A stretch of DNA of 64,000 bases from Paludibacteraceae bacterium (GCA_963631545.1 CAVGRN010000005.1:2425-66424), one strand, 5' to 3'. Counted from the first letter of the stretch, positions 46,765 through 57,378 are shown. Notes: generated by a model not told the origin, from the sequence alone. Numbers and translations are program-made.

Positions 46765-47319
46765 ATGATATATCCGATTGTTATCTATGGAAGTCCGGTG
46801 CTGCGCAAAGAAACGGTTGAGATTGATAGCACCTACCCAGATGTTCAGAAGTTGGTGGACGATATGTTCGCCACAATGTATAATGCCGATGGCGTAGGGC
46901 TGGCGGCTCCGCAGATTGGTCTTTCCATCCGCTTATTCGTAGTGGACGCAAGTGTTTTGGAAGAGGATTTTCCTGAGTGCAAAGGTTTCAAGAGGGCGTT
47001 CATCAACCCGCAAATCGTGGAGGAGAGCGAGGAGATGGAGGCATACAACGAGGGTTGTCTGAGCCTTCCTGGCATCAATGAGTCAGTGAAACGCCCTGTC
47101 CGCATCAAAGTAAAATATTTGAACGAGAAATTCGAGCCTTGCGAGGAGGTGTATGAACATTTCCAGGCACGCGTGGTGCAGCATGAGTACGACCACCTTG
47201 AGGGTCATGTCTTTATTGACCATATATCGCCCATCCGCCGTCAGTTAAACAAATCTAAACTCACCAATATGGTGAAAGGAAAGGTGCGCTGCCATTATCG
47301 CACAGTGCTTGAAAAATAG
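46765..47319 (+). CDS. def: Peptide deformylase
   Basis: 184-aa ORF with GVGLAAPQIG, EGCLSLPG and HEYDHLEG metal-binding motifs. Confidence 0.97.
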   Translation: MIYPIVIYGSPVLRKETVEIDSTYPDVQKLVDDMFATMYNADGVGLAAPQIGLSIRLFVVDASVLEEDFPECKGFKRAFINPQIVEESEEMEAYNEGCLSLPGINESVKRPVRIKVKYLNEKFEPCEEVYEHFQARVVQHEYDHLEGHVFIDHISPIRRQLNKSKLTNMVKGKVRCHYRTVLEK

Positions 47320-47327
47320 TTGCATCG

Positions 47328-47603
47328 GTGGATCCATTGCTCATAGATTTGAAAAATCGGCTTTCCAATGGTGAGTCGGAGACGGTTCTGCGCGAACTTG
47401 AACTTTATCTCACCGAAAATCCCAATTCGGACGAAGCGTATTTCCTTATGGGAAATGCTTACCGCAAGTCTGAAAAATGGGGCGAGGCGATGAATGCCTA
47501 CGCCAACGCCGTTGAATTGAACCCAGAGTCGCCGGCAAAGCACGCTTACCAGTCTATTGTTGAAGTCTTAGATTTTTTTAACAAAGATATGTACAATCAA
47601 TAG
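47328..47603 (+). CDS. Small TPR-repeat protein
   Basis: 91-aa ORF with a GTG start. One or two TPR units (EAYFLMGNAYRKSEKWGEAMNAYANAVELNP). Confidence 0.6.
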   Translation: MDPLLIDLKNRLSNGESETVLRELELYLTENPNSDEAYFLMGNAYRKSEKWGEAMNAYANAVELNPESPAKHAYQSIVEVLDFFNKDMYNQ

Positions 47604-47656
47604 CGGATTCTGTGTTACCTTTCCGACGGTAAAATCAAATCAAAACGAGTGAGTTT

Positions 47657-49006
47657 ATGACAACGAAGAATTTTGACGAATTGAAGAAATATACAGTTGT
47701 GGTGGCGAGGGTCATCATGGGCTGTGTTTTCATTTTTTCAGGCTATGCAAAAGCTGTTGACCCTCTGGGATCATGCTACAAAATTGAGGATTACCTTGCG
47801 GCAATGGGTTTGGATGTGTTCGCACCGTTGGCTCTACCCATCGGTATAGCCCTTGCAGCATTTGAATTCCTTTTGGGCGTGTGCCTGCTATTGGGTGCGA
47901 ACATCAAATCAACCTCTATACTGACGCTTTTGCTGATGTGCGTAATGACGCCGCTGACGTTGTGGATCGCCTTGGCTAACCCCGTTTCGGATTGTGGATG
48001 CTTCGGCGACGCTCTGGTTTTGACAAACTGGCAGACGTTCTGGAAGAATATAGTATTCCTCTCCCTCACCATATTGATTTTGAAGTGGCATAAATACAGC
48101 CCGAAACTCTTTTCGCAGCGTACGGAGTGGCTCATCGCCATTGCTGCTGGTTCCTATTCAATTATGATCTCCATTTATTGCTACATCAATCTGCCGATCA
48201 TCGATTTCCGCCCTTATAAGAATGGAACGAACATCGTGCAATCAATGGAAGTGCCAGACAGCATAATGGTGGATGGAAAAATGGTGCCAACACCGGTGGA
48301 TGAGTATGAAACAACATTCATCTATGAGAAGGATGGTAAACAGCAGAAATTCTCAATGGAGGAGTACTCTAAACTCGACTCTACTTGGCATTTTGTTGAT
48401 TCGGAGAGCGAGTTGGTGAAGAAGGGATTCGAACCACCAATCCACGATTTCTCTTTGGAAGATCCAGAGCAGGGGGACATCACAGAGGATGTGCTTTCTA
48501 ATCCTGGGTATACATTCCTGTTGATTTCCAAACGTGTGGAACAGGCGTCCACCAATAAACGGAAGGAAATTAACGCCATCTACGACTATGCAAAACAAAA
48601 TGGCTATGGATTTTATTGTATGACTGCCACAGGACTGGAATCGACTGAGATGCGGGAGTACAAAGTTGAAATGGGCGGCGTGGAATACCCAATAGTCAAC
48701 ACCGACGAAATCACCTTGAAGACGATTGTCCGTTCCAATCCTGGCTTGGTGCTGATTAAGGACGGCGTAGTCATCAATAAGTGGAGTAACAGCAATATGC
48801 CGACATTCAATGAGCCATTGGAAGGATCGCCACGCGGAGAGGTTCAAGAACCCAACGACACGAGGGTTATCATCCTTTCCATCTTGATGTTCTTAGGCGT
48901 GCTTGTGGCAGTCTACGCATTAGACAAAGTGATTACACTGATTGCCGACAAATGGCTTGGCTCACAAAAAAAACGAAAAGAAGAAACAGAACTTTCTAAT
49001 AAATAA
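47657..49006 (+). CDS. DoxX/MauE-type membrane domain fused to a thioredoxin-fold-like periplasmic domain
   Basis: 449-aa ORF with four or five N-terminal TM helices carrying the VSDCGCFGD motif typical of MauE/DoxX. The following soluble domain is TlpA-like in layout (IHDFSLED...GYTFLLISKR) but has no CxxC. There is a C-terminal TM helix. Confidence 0.75.
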   Translation: MTTKNFDELKKYTVVVARVIMGCVFIFSGYAKAVDPLGSCYKIEDYLAAMGLDVFAPLALPIGIALAAFEFLLGVCLLLGANIKSTSILTLLLMCVMTPLTLWIALANPVSDCGCFGDALVLTNWQTFWKNIVFLSLTILILKWHKYSPKLFSQRTEWLIAIAAGSYSIMISIYCYINLPIIDFRPYKNGTNIVQSMEVPDSIMVDGKMVPTPVDEYETTFIYEKDGKQQKFSMEEYSKLDSTWHFVDSESELVKKGFEPPIHDFSLEDPEQGDITEDVLSNPGYTFLLISKRVEQASTNKRKEINAIYDYAKQNGYGFYCMTATGLESTEMREYKVEMGGVEYPIVNTDEITLKTIVRSNPGLVLIKDGVVINKWSNSNMPTFNEPLEGSPRGEVQEPNDTRVIILSILMFLGVLVAVYALDKVITLIADKWLGSQKKRKEETELSNK

Positions 49007-49025
49007 TTCATAATTTTCAATTACA

Positions 49026-49781
49026 ATGAGAAAGAATATTGTAGCAGGAAACTGGAAAATGAACAAGACACTCCAAGAGGGTCTTGATTTGGCAAAGGGC
49101 TTGGATGCTGCTTTGAAGGGTAAGAATTTGAACTGCGATGTTATCATCGGAACTCCTTTCATCCATTTGGCAAGCGTTGCTTCAGCAATCGACACTAAAG
49201 TTATCGCAGTTTCTGCTGAGAACTGTGCAGACAAAGAGTCAGGTGCATTCACTGGTGAGGTTTCTGCCGCTATGGTTAAATCAACTGGTGCTGAGTACGT
49301 TATCCTTGGTCACTCTGAGCGTCGTGAATACTACCACGAGACTCCAGAAATCTTGAAGGAGAAAGTTCTTTTGGCTTTGAAGAACGGTTTGAAGGTTATC
49401 TTCTGCATCGGTGAGAGCCTGGCTGAGCGTGAGGCTAACAAGCAAAACGAAGTTGTTAAGGCTGAGTTGGAGGGTTCGGTTTTCAACTTGTCTGCTGAGG
49501 ACTTCGCTAAGATCACTATCGCATACGAGCCAATCTGGGCTATCGGAACAGGTAAGACTGCTACTGCTGAGCAAGCAGAGGAGATCCACGCATACATCCG
49601 TTCGGTTGTCGCTGACAAGTACGGTAAGGAAGTTGCAGAGAACACTTCTATCCTTTACGGAGGTTCTTGCAAGGCTTCTAACGCTCCTGAGTTGTTCGCT
49701 AAACCCGATATCGATGGTGGTTTGATTGGTGGTGCATCTCTCAAGGTTGAGGATTTCTGCGGCATCATCAACGCATTTTGA
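49026..49781 (+). CDS. tpiA: Triosephosphate isomerase
   Basis: 251-aa ORF with [23 protein letters not shown] and GGASLK. Confidence 0.98.
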   Translation: MRKNIVAGNWKMNKTLQEGLDLAKGLDAALKGKNLNCDVIIGTPFIHLASVASAIDTKVIAVSAENCADKESGAFTGEVSAAMVKSTGAEYVILGHSERREYYHETPEILKEKVLLALKNGLKVIFCIGESLAEREANKQNEVVKAELEGSVFNLSAEDFAKITIAYEPIWAIGTGKTATAEQAEEIHAYIRSVVADKYGKEVAENTSILYGGSCKASNAPELFAKPDIDGGLIGGASLKVEDFCGIINAF

Positions 49782-49812
49782 TTTAATCCTTTATAGGGAT
49801 TGAGAAGTAAAA

Positions 49813-49842
49813 GGGGCTGTACTGATTGGTGCAGTCCCTTTT
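49813..49842 (+). terminator. Intrinsic terminator after tpiA
   Basis: A 10-bp stem, ggggctgtac / gtgcagtccc (two G.U), with a 6-nt loop, followed by tttt. Confidence 0.65.
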
Positions 49843-49901
49843 CCCGTTAATTCTGTCTGTAAATTGCAAAAATCCACTTAGGCTAATGACCGATTTGGAT
49901 T

Positions 49902-49909
49902 TATCTTTG
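49902..49909 (+). promoter_or_regulatory. Candidate -7 box (TATCTTTG) for ispD-recG
   Basis: Exact TAnnTTTG, 20 nt upstream of ATG 49929. Confidence 0.45.
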
Positions 49910-49928
49910 TGAAAGTAAAATTTATACT

Positions 49929-50600
49929 ATGCGAAAGTATGCGATTGTGGTGGCAGGCGGTAAAGGTCTGCGTATGGGTGGAGATATTCCGAAACAGTTT
50001 CTGCCTGTAGGTGGATTACCTGTTTTAATGCGCACCTTGCGTCGGTTTAGGGAATATGACCCTGAAATCAATCTCATTTTGGTTTTGCCCCAAGACCATT
50101 TTGATTACTGGAAGAAGTTGTGCGCAGACTATTCGTTTGAGTGCGCCCATACTTTGGCAGAAGGGGGTGCAACAAGGTTCCACTCTGTAAAAAACGGATT
50201 GGAAAAGATATACGCAACGTGTCAGGAGGATGCGTTGGTCGCCGTACATGACGGGGTGCGTCCTTTTGTGTCGGTAAAGACAATTGCTCGCACGTTTGAT
50301 GCTGCCAGCCATTTCGGTGCAGCAGTCCCCGTGGTTGATATGGTCGACTCCATTCGGATGGTGGAAGACGGAAAGAGTGTTGCTTGCGACCGTTCAAAGT
50401 TCAAATGCGTGCAGACCCCGCAAGTCTTCTCTTTGCGGGTTTTAAAATTGGCGTATGACCAGCCATTCCGCGATTTTTTCACAGACGATGCCTCCGTTGT
50501 CGAGTCCATTTCCGTCCAAATTCACTTGGTTGAAGGCAATCGCGAGAATATCAAACTCACCACAACCTACGATTTGAAGATCGCAGAAGTATTAGACTAA
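49929..50600 (+). CDS. ispD: 2-C-methyl-D-erythritol 4-phosphate cytidylyltransferase
   Basis: 223-aa ORF with AIVVAGGKGLRMGGDIPKQF, VHDGVRPF and VQTPQVF. Confidence 0.95.
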   Translation: MRKYAIVVAGGKGLRMGGDIPKQFLPVGGLPVLMRTLRRFREYDPEINLILVLPQDHFDYWKKLCADYSFECAHTLAEGGATRFHSVKNGLEKIYATCQEDALVAVHDGVRPFVSVKTIARTFDAASHFGAAVPVVDMVDSIRMVEDGKSVACDRSKFKCVQTPQVFSLRVLKLAYDQPFRDFFTDDASVVESISVQIHLVEGNRENIKLTTTYDLKIAEVLD

Positions 50601-50607
50601 TTCGTAA

Positions 50608-52728
50608 ATGGTTAATTTAGAGCGGAATATAGCGTTTTTACATGGTGTGGGCGAAAAACGTGCAGCCCTGTTCAAGACGGAGGCAGGCGTTTCTACCTTC
50701 GAGGATTTGCTTTACTATTTCCCTTACCGGTATGTAGATAGGAGCCATATCTATACCGTCTCTGAACTGATGAATACAAGCACCGACACGTCATCGTATG
50801 TGCAGGTGCGGGGAAAAATCGCACGCATCTCGGTGATTGGGGTTGGCAGCAAACAGCGTGTTTCTATGCTTTTTACTGACGGTGCGGCGATGATGGAGTT
50901 GCTGTGGTTTAAAGGAGTGCGTTACGTTGTAGATACCTACAAAGAGGGACAGGAGTATGTGGCGTTTGGAAAGCCGTCCGTTTTCAACGGAAAACCAAGC
51001 ATCGTACATCCCGAAATGGAAACGCTGGCGGAGGTCAGAGAGAAACTGACGTTGGGCGGATTGCATGGAATGTACAACACAACCGAGCGGATGAAGAAAG
51101 GCTACCTCGTTTCCAAGTCAATTCAAAAGATGGTGATAGAGGTGGTTAAATCGTTGGGCGGAGGAAAAATAGAGGATACGTTGCCCGATTACATTCTGGA
51201 GTCGCTCCACTTATGCCCTTTGCATGAGGCACTTCTGTCCGCCCATTTTCCCAAAGACCTAAAATCACTTGAATATGCACAAGTAAGATTGAAGTTTGAA
51301 GAACTTCTCTATGTACAACTGAACATACTACGCAAAGCGAAAAACCGTTCGAAAAGTTTCAAAGGACTTCCTTTTCTTGTCATCGGACATTATTTCAATG
51401 ATTTTTACGCAAAATGTCTTCCCTTTCCGTTGACGGATGCGCAGAAACGTGTTTTGCGCGAAATCAGAGCCGATGTGGGCAGTGGAAAACAGATGAACCG
51501 TTTGCTGCAAGGCGATGTGGGTAGCGGAAAGACCCTCGTGGCGTTGATGACGATGCTGATGGCGCTGGATAATGGATATCAGGCATGCCTGATGGCTCCG
51601 ACGGAGATTCTGGCGACGCAACACTGCGAGACACTTCGGAATATGCTTTCTTCGTTAGGCGTTTCCGTAGCTTTGCTGACGGGGTCTACGAAGAAGAAAG
51701 AAAGAGATGCGATTTTATCGGATTTATCTTCGGGTGTGCTGCAGATTGTAGTTGGCACGCACGCTTTAATAGAAGACGGCGTTGTGTTCCGAAACCTTGG
51801 AATGGCAGTGATTGACGAGCAACACCGCTTCGGAGTGGCTCAAAGGGCGAAATTATGGATGAAAAACGAACTTCCACCCCACGTGCTTGTGATGACTGCC
51901 ACGCCGATTCCCCGCACCTTAGCAATGACGCTTTATGGTGATTTAGATGTTTCAGTCATCGATCAGCTTCCGCCAGGACGGAAGCCCGTTCGTACCATTC
52001 ATCGTTTTGAGGGGAAACGAAGCGACATCTATAAGTTTATGCAGAAAGAAATCGCAGACGGACGACAAATCTACATTGTGTATCCGATGATTCAAGAATC
52101 AGAAAAATCTGATTATGAAAATTTGGAAAGCGGTTTTCGCAACCTCTTGGAAGTATTCCCCGAGCCAACTTATCACATTGGAATGGTGCATGGAAAAATG
52201 AAACCTGCTGAAAAGGAAGCCGTTATGCAGAGGTTTTCTTCGGGCGAACTGAATGTGCTTGTTGCTACCACCGTGATAGAAGTTGGGGTGAATGTGCCTA
52301 ATGCCTCTGTGATGATGATTGAGAGTGCGGAGCGTTTCGGGCTTTCTCAGCTCCACCAACTGCGCGGTAGAGTGGGGCGTGGCGCAGATCAATCGTTCTG
52401 CATCTTGGTTACTGCCTACAAACTTTCCAATGAAAGCAGGAGGCGAATGGATGTGATGGTACGTACCAATGATGGTTTTGAAATATCGGAAGAAGACCTT
52501 AAAATGCGTGGCCCAGGCGATCTTGAAGGAACGCAACAAAGTGGCATCGCCTTGAATTTGAAAGTGGCAAACCTTGCCAAAGACGGTCAAATCGTGCAGT
52601 TGGCGCGGGATGTCGCCAATAAAATTTTAGAGGACGACCCTGAACTAATGTCCGAGAAGAATCTACGACTCAATCAACAGATGCATAAGTTGGCGAAAGA
52701 TAAAGCAAATTGGAGCGTAATCAGTTGA
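50608..52728 (+). CDS. recG: ATP-dependent DNA helicase RecG
   Basis: 706-aa ORF with an OB wedge domain. SF2 motifs: GDVGSGKT, DEQHRFG, MTATPIPRT, LHQLRGRVGRG. It starts 7 nt after ispD. Confidence 0.96.
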   Translation: MVNLERNIAFLHGVGEKRAALFKTEAGVSTFEDLLYYFPYRYVDRSHIYTVSELMNTSTDTSSYVQVRGKIARISVIGVGSKQRVSMLFTDGAAMMELLWFKGVRYVVDTYKEGQEYVAFGKPSVFNGKPSIVHPEMETLAEVREKLTLGGLHGMYNTTERMKKGYLVSKSIQKMVIEVVKSLGGGKIEDTLPDYILESLHLCPLHEALLSAHFPKDLKSLEYAQVRLKFEELLYVQLNILRKAKNRSKSFKGLPFLVIGHYFNDFYAKCLPFPLTDAQKRVLREIRADVGSGKQMNRLLQGDVGSGKTLVALMTMLMALDNGYQACLMAPTEILATQHCETLRNMLSSLGVSVALLTGSTKKKERDAILSDLSSGVLQIVVGTHALIEDGVVFRNLGMAVIDEQHRFGVAQRAKLWMKNELPPHVLVMTATPIPRTLAMTLYGDLDVSVIDQLPPGRKPVRTIHRFEGKRSDIYKFMQKEIADGRQIYIVYPMIQESEKSDYENLESGFRNLLEVFPEPTYHIGMVHGKMKPAEKEAVMQRFSSGELNVLVATTVIEVGVNVPNASVMMIESAERFGLSQLHQLRGRVGRGADQSFCILVTAYKLSNESRRRMDVMVRTNDGFEISEEDLKMRGPGDLEGTQQSGIALNLKVANLAKDGQIVQLARDVANKILEDDPELMSEKNLRLNQQMHKLAKDKANWSVIS

Positions 52729-52733
52729 TTTGT

Positions 52734-52769
52734 AAAAAAAAAGAGGATGCTTCGCTTTGAAACATCCCC
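52734..52769 (-). terminator. Terminator in the convergent recG / tkt gap, stronger for tkt
   Basis: The hairpin ggatgcttc / gaaacatcc has one mismatch. The plus-strand A9 run (52734-52742) supplies a U9 tail on the minus strand. Confidence 0.55.
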
Positions 52770-52793
52770 TTTGCCTTATTTTACCTGTTTCGG

Positions 52794-54839
52794 TTATTTC
52801 AGATTCAGATATTCACAAACCTCTTGGTATACGCACTCGCCATTGAAGCCGAACTCCTTGTCTAACACAGTGTAAGGTGCAGAATAGCCGAAATGATCCA
52901 ACCCATGGATGTAGCCGTTGGCGCCGACGAGGTCTCTAACGGTGAGGCTCATACCTGCCGTCATTCCGTAGATTGGCATATCGCTTGGCAATACGCTATC
53001 TTGGTACTCCTTTGGTTGCGATCTGAACAACCCCTCAGAAGGAGCGGATACAATTCTGATTTTCAGATTTTTACGTTCCTCCAACAATTTTGCACCATCA
53101 AAGAGGGTGGCAACTTCCGATCCGCTCGCAACCAATATCACATCTGGTTTCCCAGCGCAATCCTTCACAATGTATGCGCCTTTTTCTGCGCCTAATGCTT
53201 GTTGATAAGCCGTTTTACCATCTGCAACAGGCACATTGTTCACGTTTTGTCGTGAAAGAATCAAGCCAGTTGGGGTGTCGGTGTTTTCCATTGCCATTTT
53301 CCAGGCAACGGTTGTTTCATTCACATCAGCAGGCCGAAGCACCAACATACTGTTTTTGCCGGCGTGGTTCTTCACGTGTTCAAGCAAACGCACTTGCGCC
53401 TCTTGCTCGATTGGCTGGTGTGTCGGACCATCCTCGCCCACGCGGAATGCATCGTGCGACCATACATATTTTACTGGAATGCGCATAAGTGCCGACATTC
53501 TGTATGCAGGTTTCATATAATCGGAGAAAGCGAAGAATGTGCCACATGCGGCGAACAATCCGCCGTGGAGGGCTATTCCATTCATAATGCATGCCATCGC
53601 CAATTCTGAAACGCCAGCATTTAGGAACGCTCCAGTGAAGTCGCCTTTCGTCATCGGATGGGTTTTCTTCAAGAATCCGTCCGTTTTATCAGAGTTGGAA
53701 AGGTCTGCAGAGGCAACAATCATATTTTCTACCTTTTCTGCCAACACACTCAATACGGTTGCGGAACCCACGCGCGTCGCCTGGTTTGCCTTTTGTTCAA
53801 TGGCTGCGTAATCTATTTCTGGAGCCTTTCCGCTAAAGAATTGCGATAATTTCTTTGCCAAATCTGGATTTTTGGCCTCCCATTCGGCTTGCTGCTTTTT
53901 CTTTTTCCCGACAATCTCAGACAACTCTTTCGCTCTTTCTGCGTAGAGTTTTTCAACTTCTGGGAAGATGACGAATGGATTCTCGGGGTCGCCACCCAAG
54001 TTGGCGATGGTTTTCGGAATGCTTACGCCCGCTTTTGACAATGGTTGACCGTGAGTGGAAACTTTCGACTCCATAGAAGAACCATCTTCGGCAACACAGC
54101 CAATACCCATTGTTGTATTTCCGATGATGATGGTAGGTCGTTCTGACTCCTTGTTGGCGGCTTCAAGTGCATCGCAGATTGCCTTGGCGTCATTGCCGTT
54201 GATGGTGATGACATTCCAGTTCCAAGCCTTATATTTCATAGCGATGTCCTCGGAGTCGACCTCGTCAACCCTTGTAGAGAGTTGCACGTTGTTGGCGTCA
54301 TAGAACATAATCAGGTTGTGTAATCCCAAGTGTCCGGCGATTCGTCCTGCACCTTGCGAAATCTCCTCTTGAATGCTGCCGTCAGAAACGAATGTGTATA
54401 TTTTGTGGCTCATCCACTCACCGAATTTTGCGCAGAGGTAACGCTCGGCGATAGCGGCTCCCACAGCCATCGCATGGCCTTGACCCAGTGGTCCGGAGGT
54501 GTTTTCAATTCCCAGCGAAGGGTTGACCTCTGGATGTCCTGGTGTGCGGCTTTGCCATTGACGGAACGATTTAATGTCGTCCATCGTCAGTTTCCCACTG
54601 AGGAGCAGCACGGAGTAGAGCATAGGCGACATGTGCCCTGGGTCGAGGAAGAATCTGTCGCGGTTGATCCAGTTCGGGTCGGACGGATCGTATGTTAGAA
54701 ATTTGGAATAGAGCACATTGATGAAGTCTGCTCCTCCCATCGCTCCTCCGGGGTGTCCCGATTTCGCTTTTTCTACCATAGCCGCAGTCAAAATCCTGAT
54801 GTTATTTGCTGCACGATTTAGGGTATTACACTCAACCAT
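52794..54839 (-). CDS. tkt: Transketolase
   Basis: 681-aa ORF with SGHPGGAMGGADF, GPLGQGHAMAVG, SDGSIQEEIS and GEDGPTHQPIEQ. Confidence 0.97.
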   Translation of the reverse strand: MVECNTLNRAANNIRILTAAMVEKAKSGHPGGAMGGADFINVLYSKFLTYDPSDPNWINRDRFFLDPGHMSPMLYSVLLLSGKLTMDDIKSFRQWQSRTPGHPEVNPSLGIENTSGPLGQGHAMAVGAAIAERYLCAKFGEWMSHKIYTFVSDGSIQEEISQGAGRIAGHLGLHNLIMFYDANNVQLSTRVDEVDSEDIAMKYKAWNWNVITINGNDAKAICDALEAANKESERPTIIIGNTTMGIGCVAEDGSSMESKVSTHGQPLSKAGVSIPKTIANLGGDPENPFVIFPEVEKLYAERAKELSEIVGKKKKQQAEWEAKNPDLAKKLSQFFSGKAPEIDYAAIEQKANQATRVGSATVLSVLAEKVENMIVASADLSNSDKTDGFLKKTHPMTKGDFTGAFLNAGVSELAMACIMNGIALHGGLFAACGTFFAFSDYMKPAYRMSALMRIPVKYVWSHDAFRVGEDGPTHQPIEQEAQVRLLEHVKNHAGKNSMLVLRPADVNETTVAWKMAMENTDTPTGLILSRQNVNNVPVADGKTAYQQALGAEKGAYIVKDCAGKPDVILVASGSEVATLFDGAKLLEERKNLKIRIVSAPSEGLFRSQPKEYQDSVLPSDMPIYGMTAGMSLTVRDLVGANGYIHGLDHFGYSAPYTVLDKEFGFNGECVYQEVCEYLNLK

Positions 54840-54854
54840 TGTTTTTCTGAATTT

Positions 54855-55583
54855 TTATAAATGGAAAAAATAACTTATCGTATATCTGAAACCCCATTTG
54901 CCAGACTCCTTGTCTCCGAACCCTGGCGCATGAGATTGCCGTATCACGCTATTTCCTTCATATTGGTCATTTATATGAAGGAACATTTTTATCATCGCCT
55001 CAAATCCCAAACATAGATTTCCTGCGATGGGGGCTTTCACCCCGAGTACCACTTCGCCCCATTGGGCTGTGGTATGTCCTTTGGAACTAAACATTCGTCC
55101 GTTCTCCATCCAATACGAATTATGTATCGGATAATTCGCAATTTCATACGAGTAGCCTGGCGAACATCCGTAATTAATGCCGAAGTAACCGATGGGGTTA
55201 AGCGGCTTTGAAAGATTTTTGCGCCACACGTTGTACATCGCTCCGACTTTAAAGTAGAGTCCGTTTACCTTGTATAGGTTGTTTTCCGCCGGCACTGGGT
55301 AATCGTAGTCTGAGGAGGCGTCATATTTGTCGTAGCCCACCACAAACGTGGGGTAAAGTCTGTGCCAAAGGTCAAATTGCAAATCCGCATTCACCCCAAA
55401 TCTGTCATGGTTAAAAAGGTGAAGTAGGGGATTCAACACATCCACGCCAACATTCATGCCATAGAAAACCTCTTTGGCAGATGCTTCGTCCCGCTTTTGA
55501 CTTTCCGCCCACGACAAGGCTGGAAAAACGCAGAGCAGCAGCACACTAATAATTCTCCAAAAACAATTTGATGTGACTCTCAT
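54855..55583 (-). CDS. Hypothetical outer-membrane beta-barrel-like protein
   Basis: 242-aa ORF with signal peptide VLLLCVFPALSWA. Alternating strand pattern rich in Tyr/Gly, with an aromatic C-terminus (YTISYFFHL). Its start overlaps the upstream gene by 38 nt. Confidence 0.65.
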   Translation of the reverse strand: MRVTSNCFWRIISVLLLCVFPALSWAESQKRDEASAKEVFYGMNVGVDVLNPLLHLFNHDRFGVNADLQFDLWHRLYPTFVVGYDKYDASSDYDYPVPAENNLYKVNGLYFKVGAMYNVWRKNLSKPLNPIGYFGINYGCSPGYSYEIANYPIHNSYWMENGRMFSSKGHTTAQWGEVVLGVKAPIAGNLCLGFEAMIKMFLHINDQYEGNSVIRQSHAPGFGDKESGKWGFRYTISYFFHL

Positions 55584-56277
55584 AATTTTGGTTGTTTATT
55601 AGAGGGTTGACAATCTGTGCGGAAGCGACTCCCTTATGAAGGAATACAGCCTGTTTTATGGTGTGCGTGTTCATACATCCGCACTCAGCGGAAACGAACT
55701 CCAACGTGTTCTCGTGGGTTATACGCAACGTGTCGGTGTTGGGCGATTGAAAGTAGAAGTACCCATCCGACTGACCAGCCAAGATGTTGGATGACCCGTC
55801 ATCAAAAACAAAATAGTTGCTTTTGAAGTGCGTTACATAATGCCGAGCAGTGCCGTCGAGCGAGATGTAGGTAGACGGAATACTATCCAACACGAGTTTG
55901 CCTGCGACGTTGGTTTTCCAATAAGGGAGGAATACCGCTTCGCTGTCTGCCAGGTAAACCGACACAGGAGAACCTGAGAAAGTGATTGTCGCCACAAAAT
56001 CTGTGCTTGTTTGCTGATCATTTAAAGTGAGGTTGACATTGTTTTGTCCCGATGCGAAAATTATTGAATCAGACCCAACGCCCTGAAGACAGAAGAATGA
56101 CGGGGTAACAGCCACCGCGGTGTCTATCTCAGAATAGAAAGTGAGGTTTAACGGGGCGTAAACAGAATCGTTGCAGTGATTGGTGATGCAAGAAGCACAG
56201 AGGAACAACACCACAGCAACTGCGGCGCACATTCCTTTTTCCACCAATTTAGAGCAAAAATTTCTGAGCAACTTCAT
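55546..56277 (-). CDS. Hypothetical lipoprotein
   Basis: 243-aa ORF with hydrophobic leader AVAVVLFLCASC (lipobox-like). Beta-rich. No family recognised. Confidence 0.65.
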   Translation of the reverse strand: MKLLRNFCSKLVEKGMCAAVAVVLFLCASCITNHCNDSVYAPLNLTFYSEIDTAVAVTPSFFCLQGVGSDSIIFASGQNNVNLTLNDQQTSTDFVATITFSGSPVSVYLADSEAVFLPYWKTNVAGKLVLDSIPSTYISLDGTARHYVTHFKSNYFVFDDGSSNILAGQSDGYFYFQSPNTDTLRITHENTLEFVSAECGCMNTHTIKQAVFLHKGVASAQIVNPLINNQNYESHIKLFLENY

Positions 56278-56292
56278 CCTTTATTTTATTCC

Positions 56293-56811
56293 TTATAAGT
56301 ATAAAACAACTTCGTCTGCAGTTTTCCGTTTCTTTTCCACTCGATTGAACTCCTCTGACGGGTAGCCAACGGGAAGAATGACAACTGGCTCGATATGATC
56401 TGGCAAATAAAGCACTTTTTTACATTTCACCGCATCGAAATTGCAGACCCAGCACGAGCCAAGTCCCACTTCGGTGGCTGCAAGGGCGATATGCTCGGTG
56501 GCGATTGCCACATCAATGTCGCAGTGGTCTTTTTTGTCAGATGGTCTTTTCCAGGATGTTTCGTGATTTCCGCAAACAACGATGTAGAGCGGTGCAGAGC
56601 GAAACCATTCACGGTCGTAGCATCCTCGTATGTCGTTTTTCGCCTCTTCGCTTTGAACGACGATAAACGTCCACGGCTGCAGATTGACTGCCGAAGGGGC
56701 GATTCTTGCCGCATTCAGAAGGTAATCCAACTTTTCCTTCTCCACCTCCTTGTCGGCGAAAAGGCGTACGGAACAACGCTGTTCCATCAACTTCAACAGT
56801 GTATCAGCCAT
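56293..56811 (-). CDS. Nitroreductase-family protein
   Basis: 172-aa ORF with RCSVRLF, AARIAPSAVNLQPW and LGSCWV motifs of FMN-dependent nitroreductases. Confidence 0.88.
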   Translation of the reverse strand: MADTLLKLMEQRCSVRLFADKEVEKEKLDYLLNAARIAPSAVNLQPWTFIVVQSEEAKNDIRGCYDREWFRSAPLYIVVCGNHETSWKRPSDKKDHCDIDVAIATEHIALAATEVGLGSCWVCNFDAVKCKKVLYLPDHIEPVVILPVGYPSEEFNRVEKKRKTADEVVLYL

Positions 56812-56832
56812 CCTTGATCAGTTTTCAGATTA

Positions 56833-57357
56833 TCAATAGAAAGCCTTTACCTCGGCTTTGAGCATATTCAATGCAACATCAATAGGGGTGGTTTCCACCG
56901 CACCATAACGCTCAATGATAACCTTCGCCAGCTCAATGGCAGGCAGTTCGTCTGGCACATTGTCTGCGCAGGTGTTTATGAGTTGCGTGAGGCTCTCTTT
57001 GGCGTTCTTCGTAACAATCCACACATCGTTGCTGACGTAGATTTGTTGCGTTACGTTATGTTCAAACTCTTCGCGAATAGTGTTCAGAAGAGCGATATGC
57101 AAGTCCTTCGCATTCATGTGCGATTGTTGCACACGCAGAATCATTGCGTCTGGCTGAATGCGCTCCAAAAACAGGGCAATACGCTCATAAGCAGTCAGAC
57201 GGATAGGGTTTAGTGTCTTCGCAGTTTCCTTTCTCAAGGCATAGTAGCGGTTTCGCTCCTCATTTTTCAACAGATTAGACAACACATACCGCGCCGCCAA
57301 CAACACCAAAACGCCTGGAATAGTCAGTTTGGCTATATCTAAAAGAAAATCAGTCAT
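56833..57357 (-). CDS. Membrane-anchored hypothetical protein
   Basis: 174-aa ORF with one N-terminal TM helix (LTIPGVLVLLAARYVL) and a helical soluble part. No family recognised. Confidence 0.65.
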   Translation of the reverse strand: MTDFLLDIAKLTIPGVLVLLAARYVLSNLLKNEERNRYYALRKETAKTLNPIRLTAYERIALFLERIQPDAMILRVQQSHMNAKDLHIALLNTIREEFEHNVTQQIYVSNDVWIVTKNAKESLTQLINTCADNVPDELPAIELAKVIIERYGAVETTPIDVALNMLKAEVKAFY

Positions 57358-57378
57358 ATAATATTTTTTTTCGTTAAC

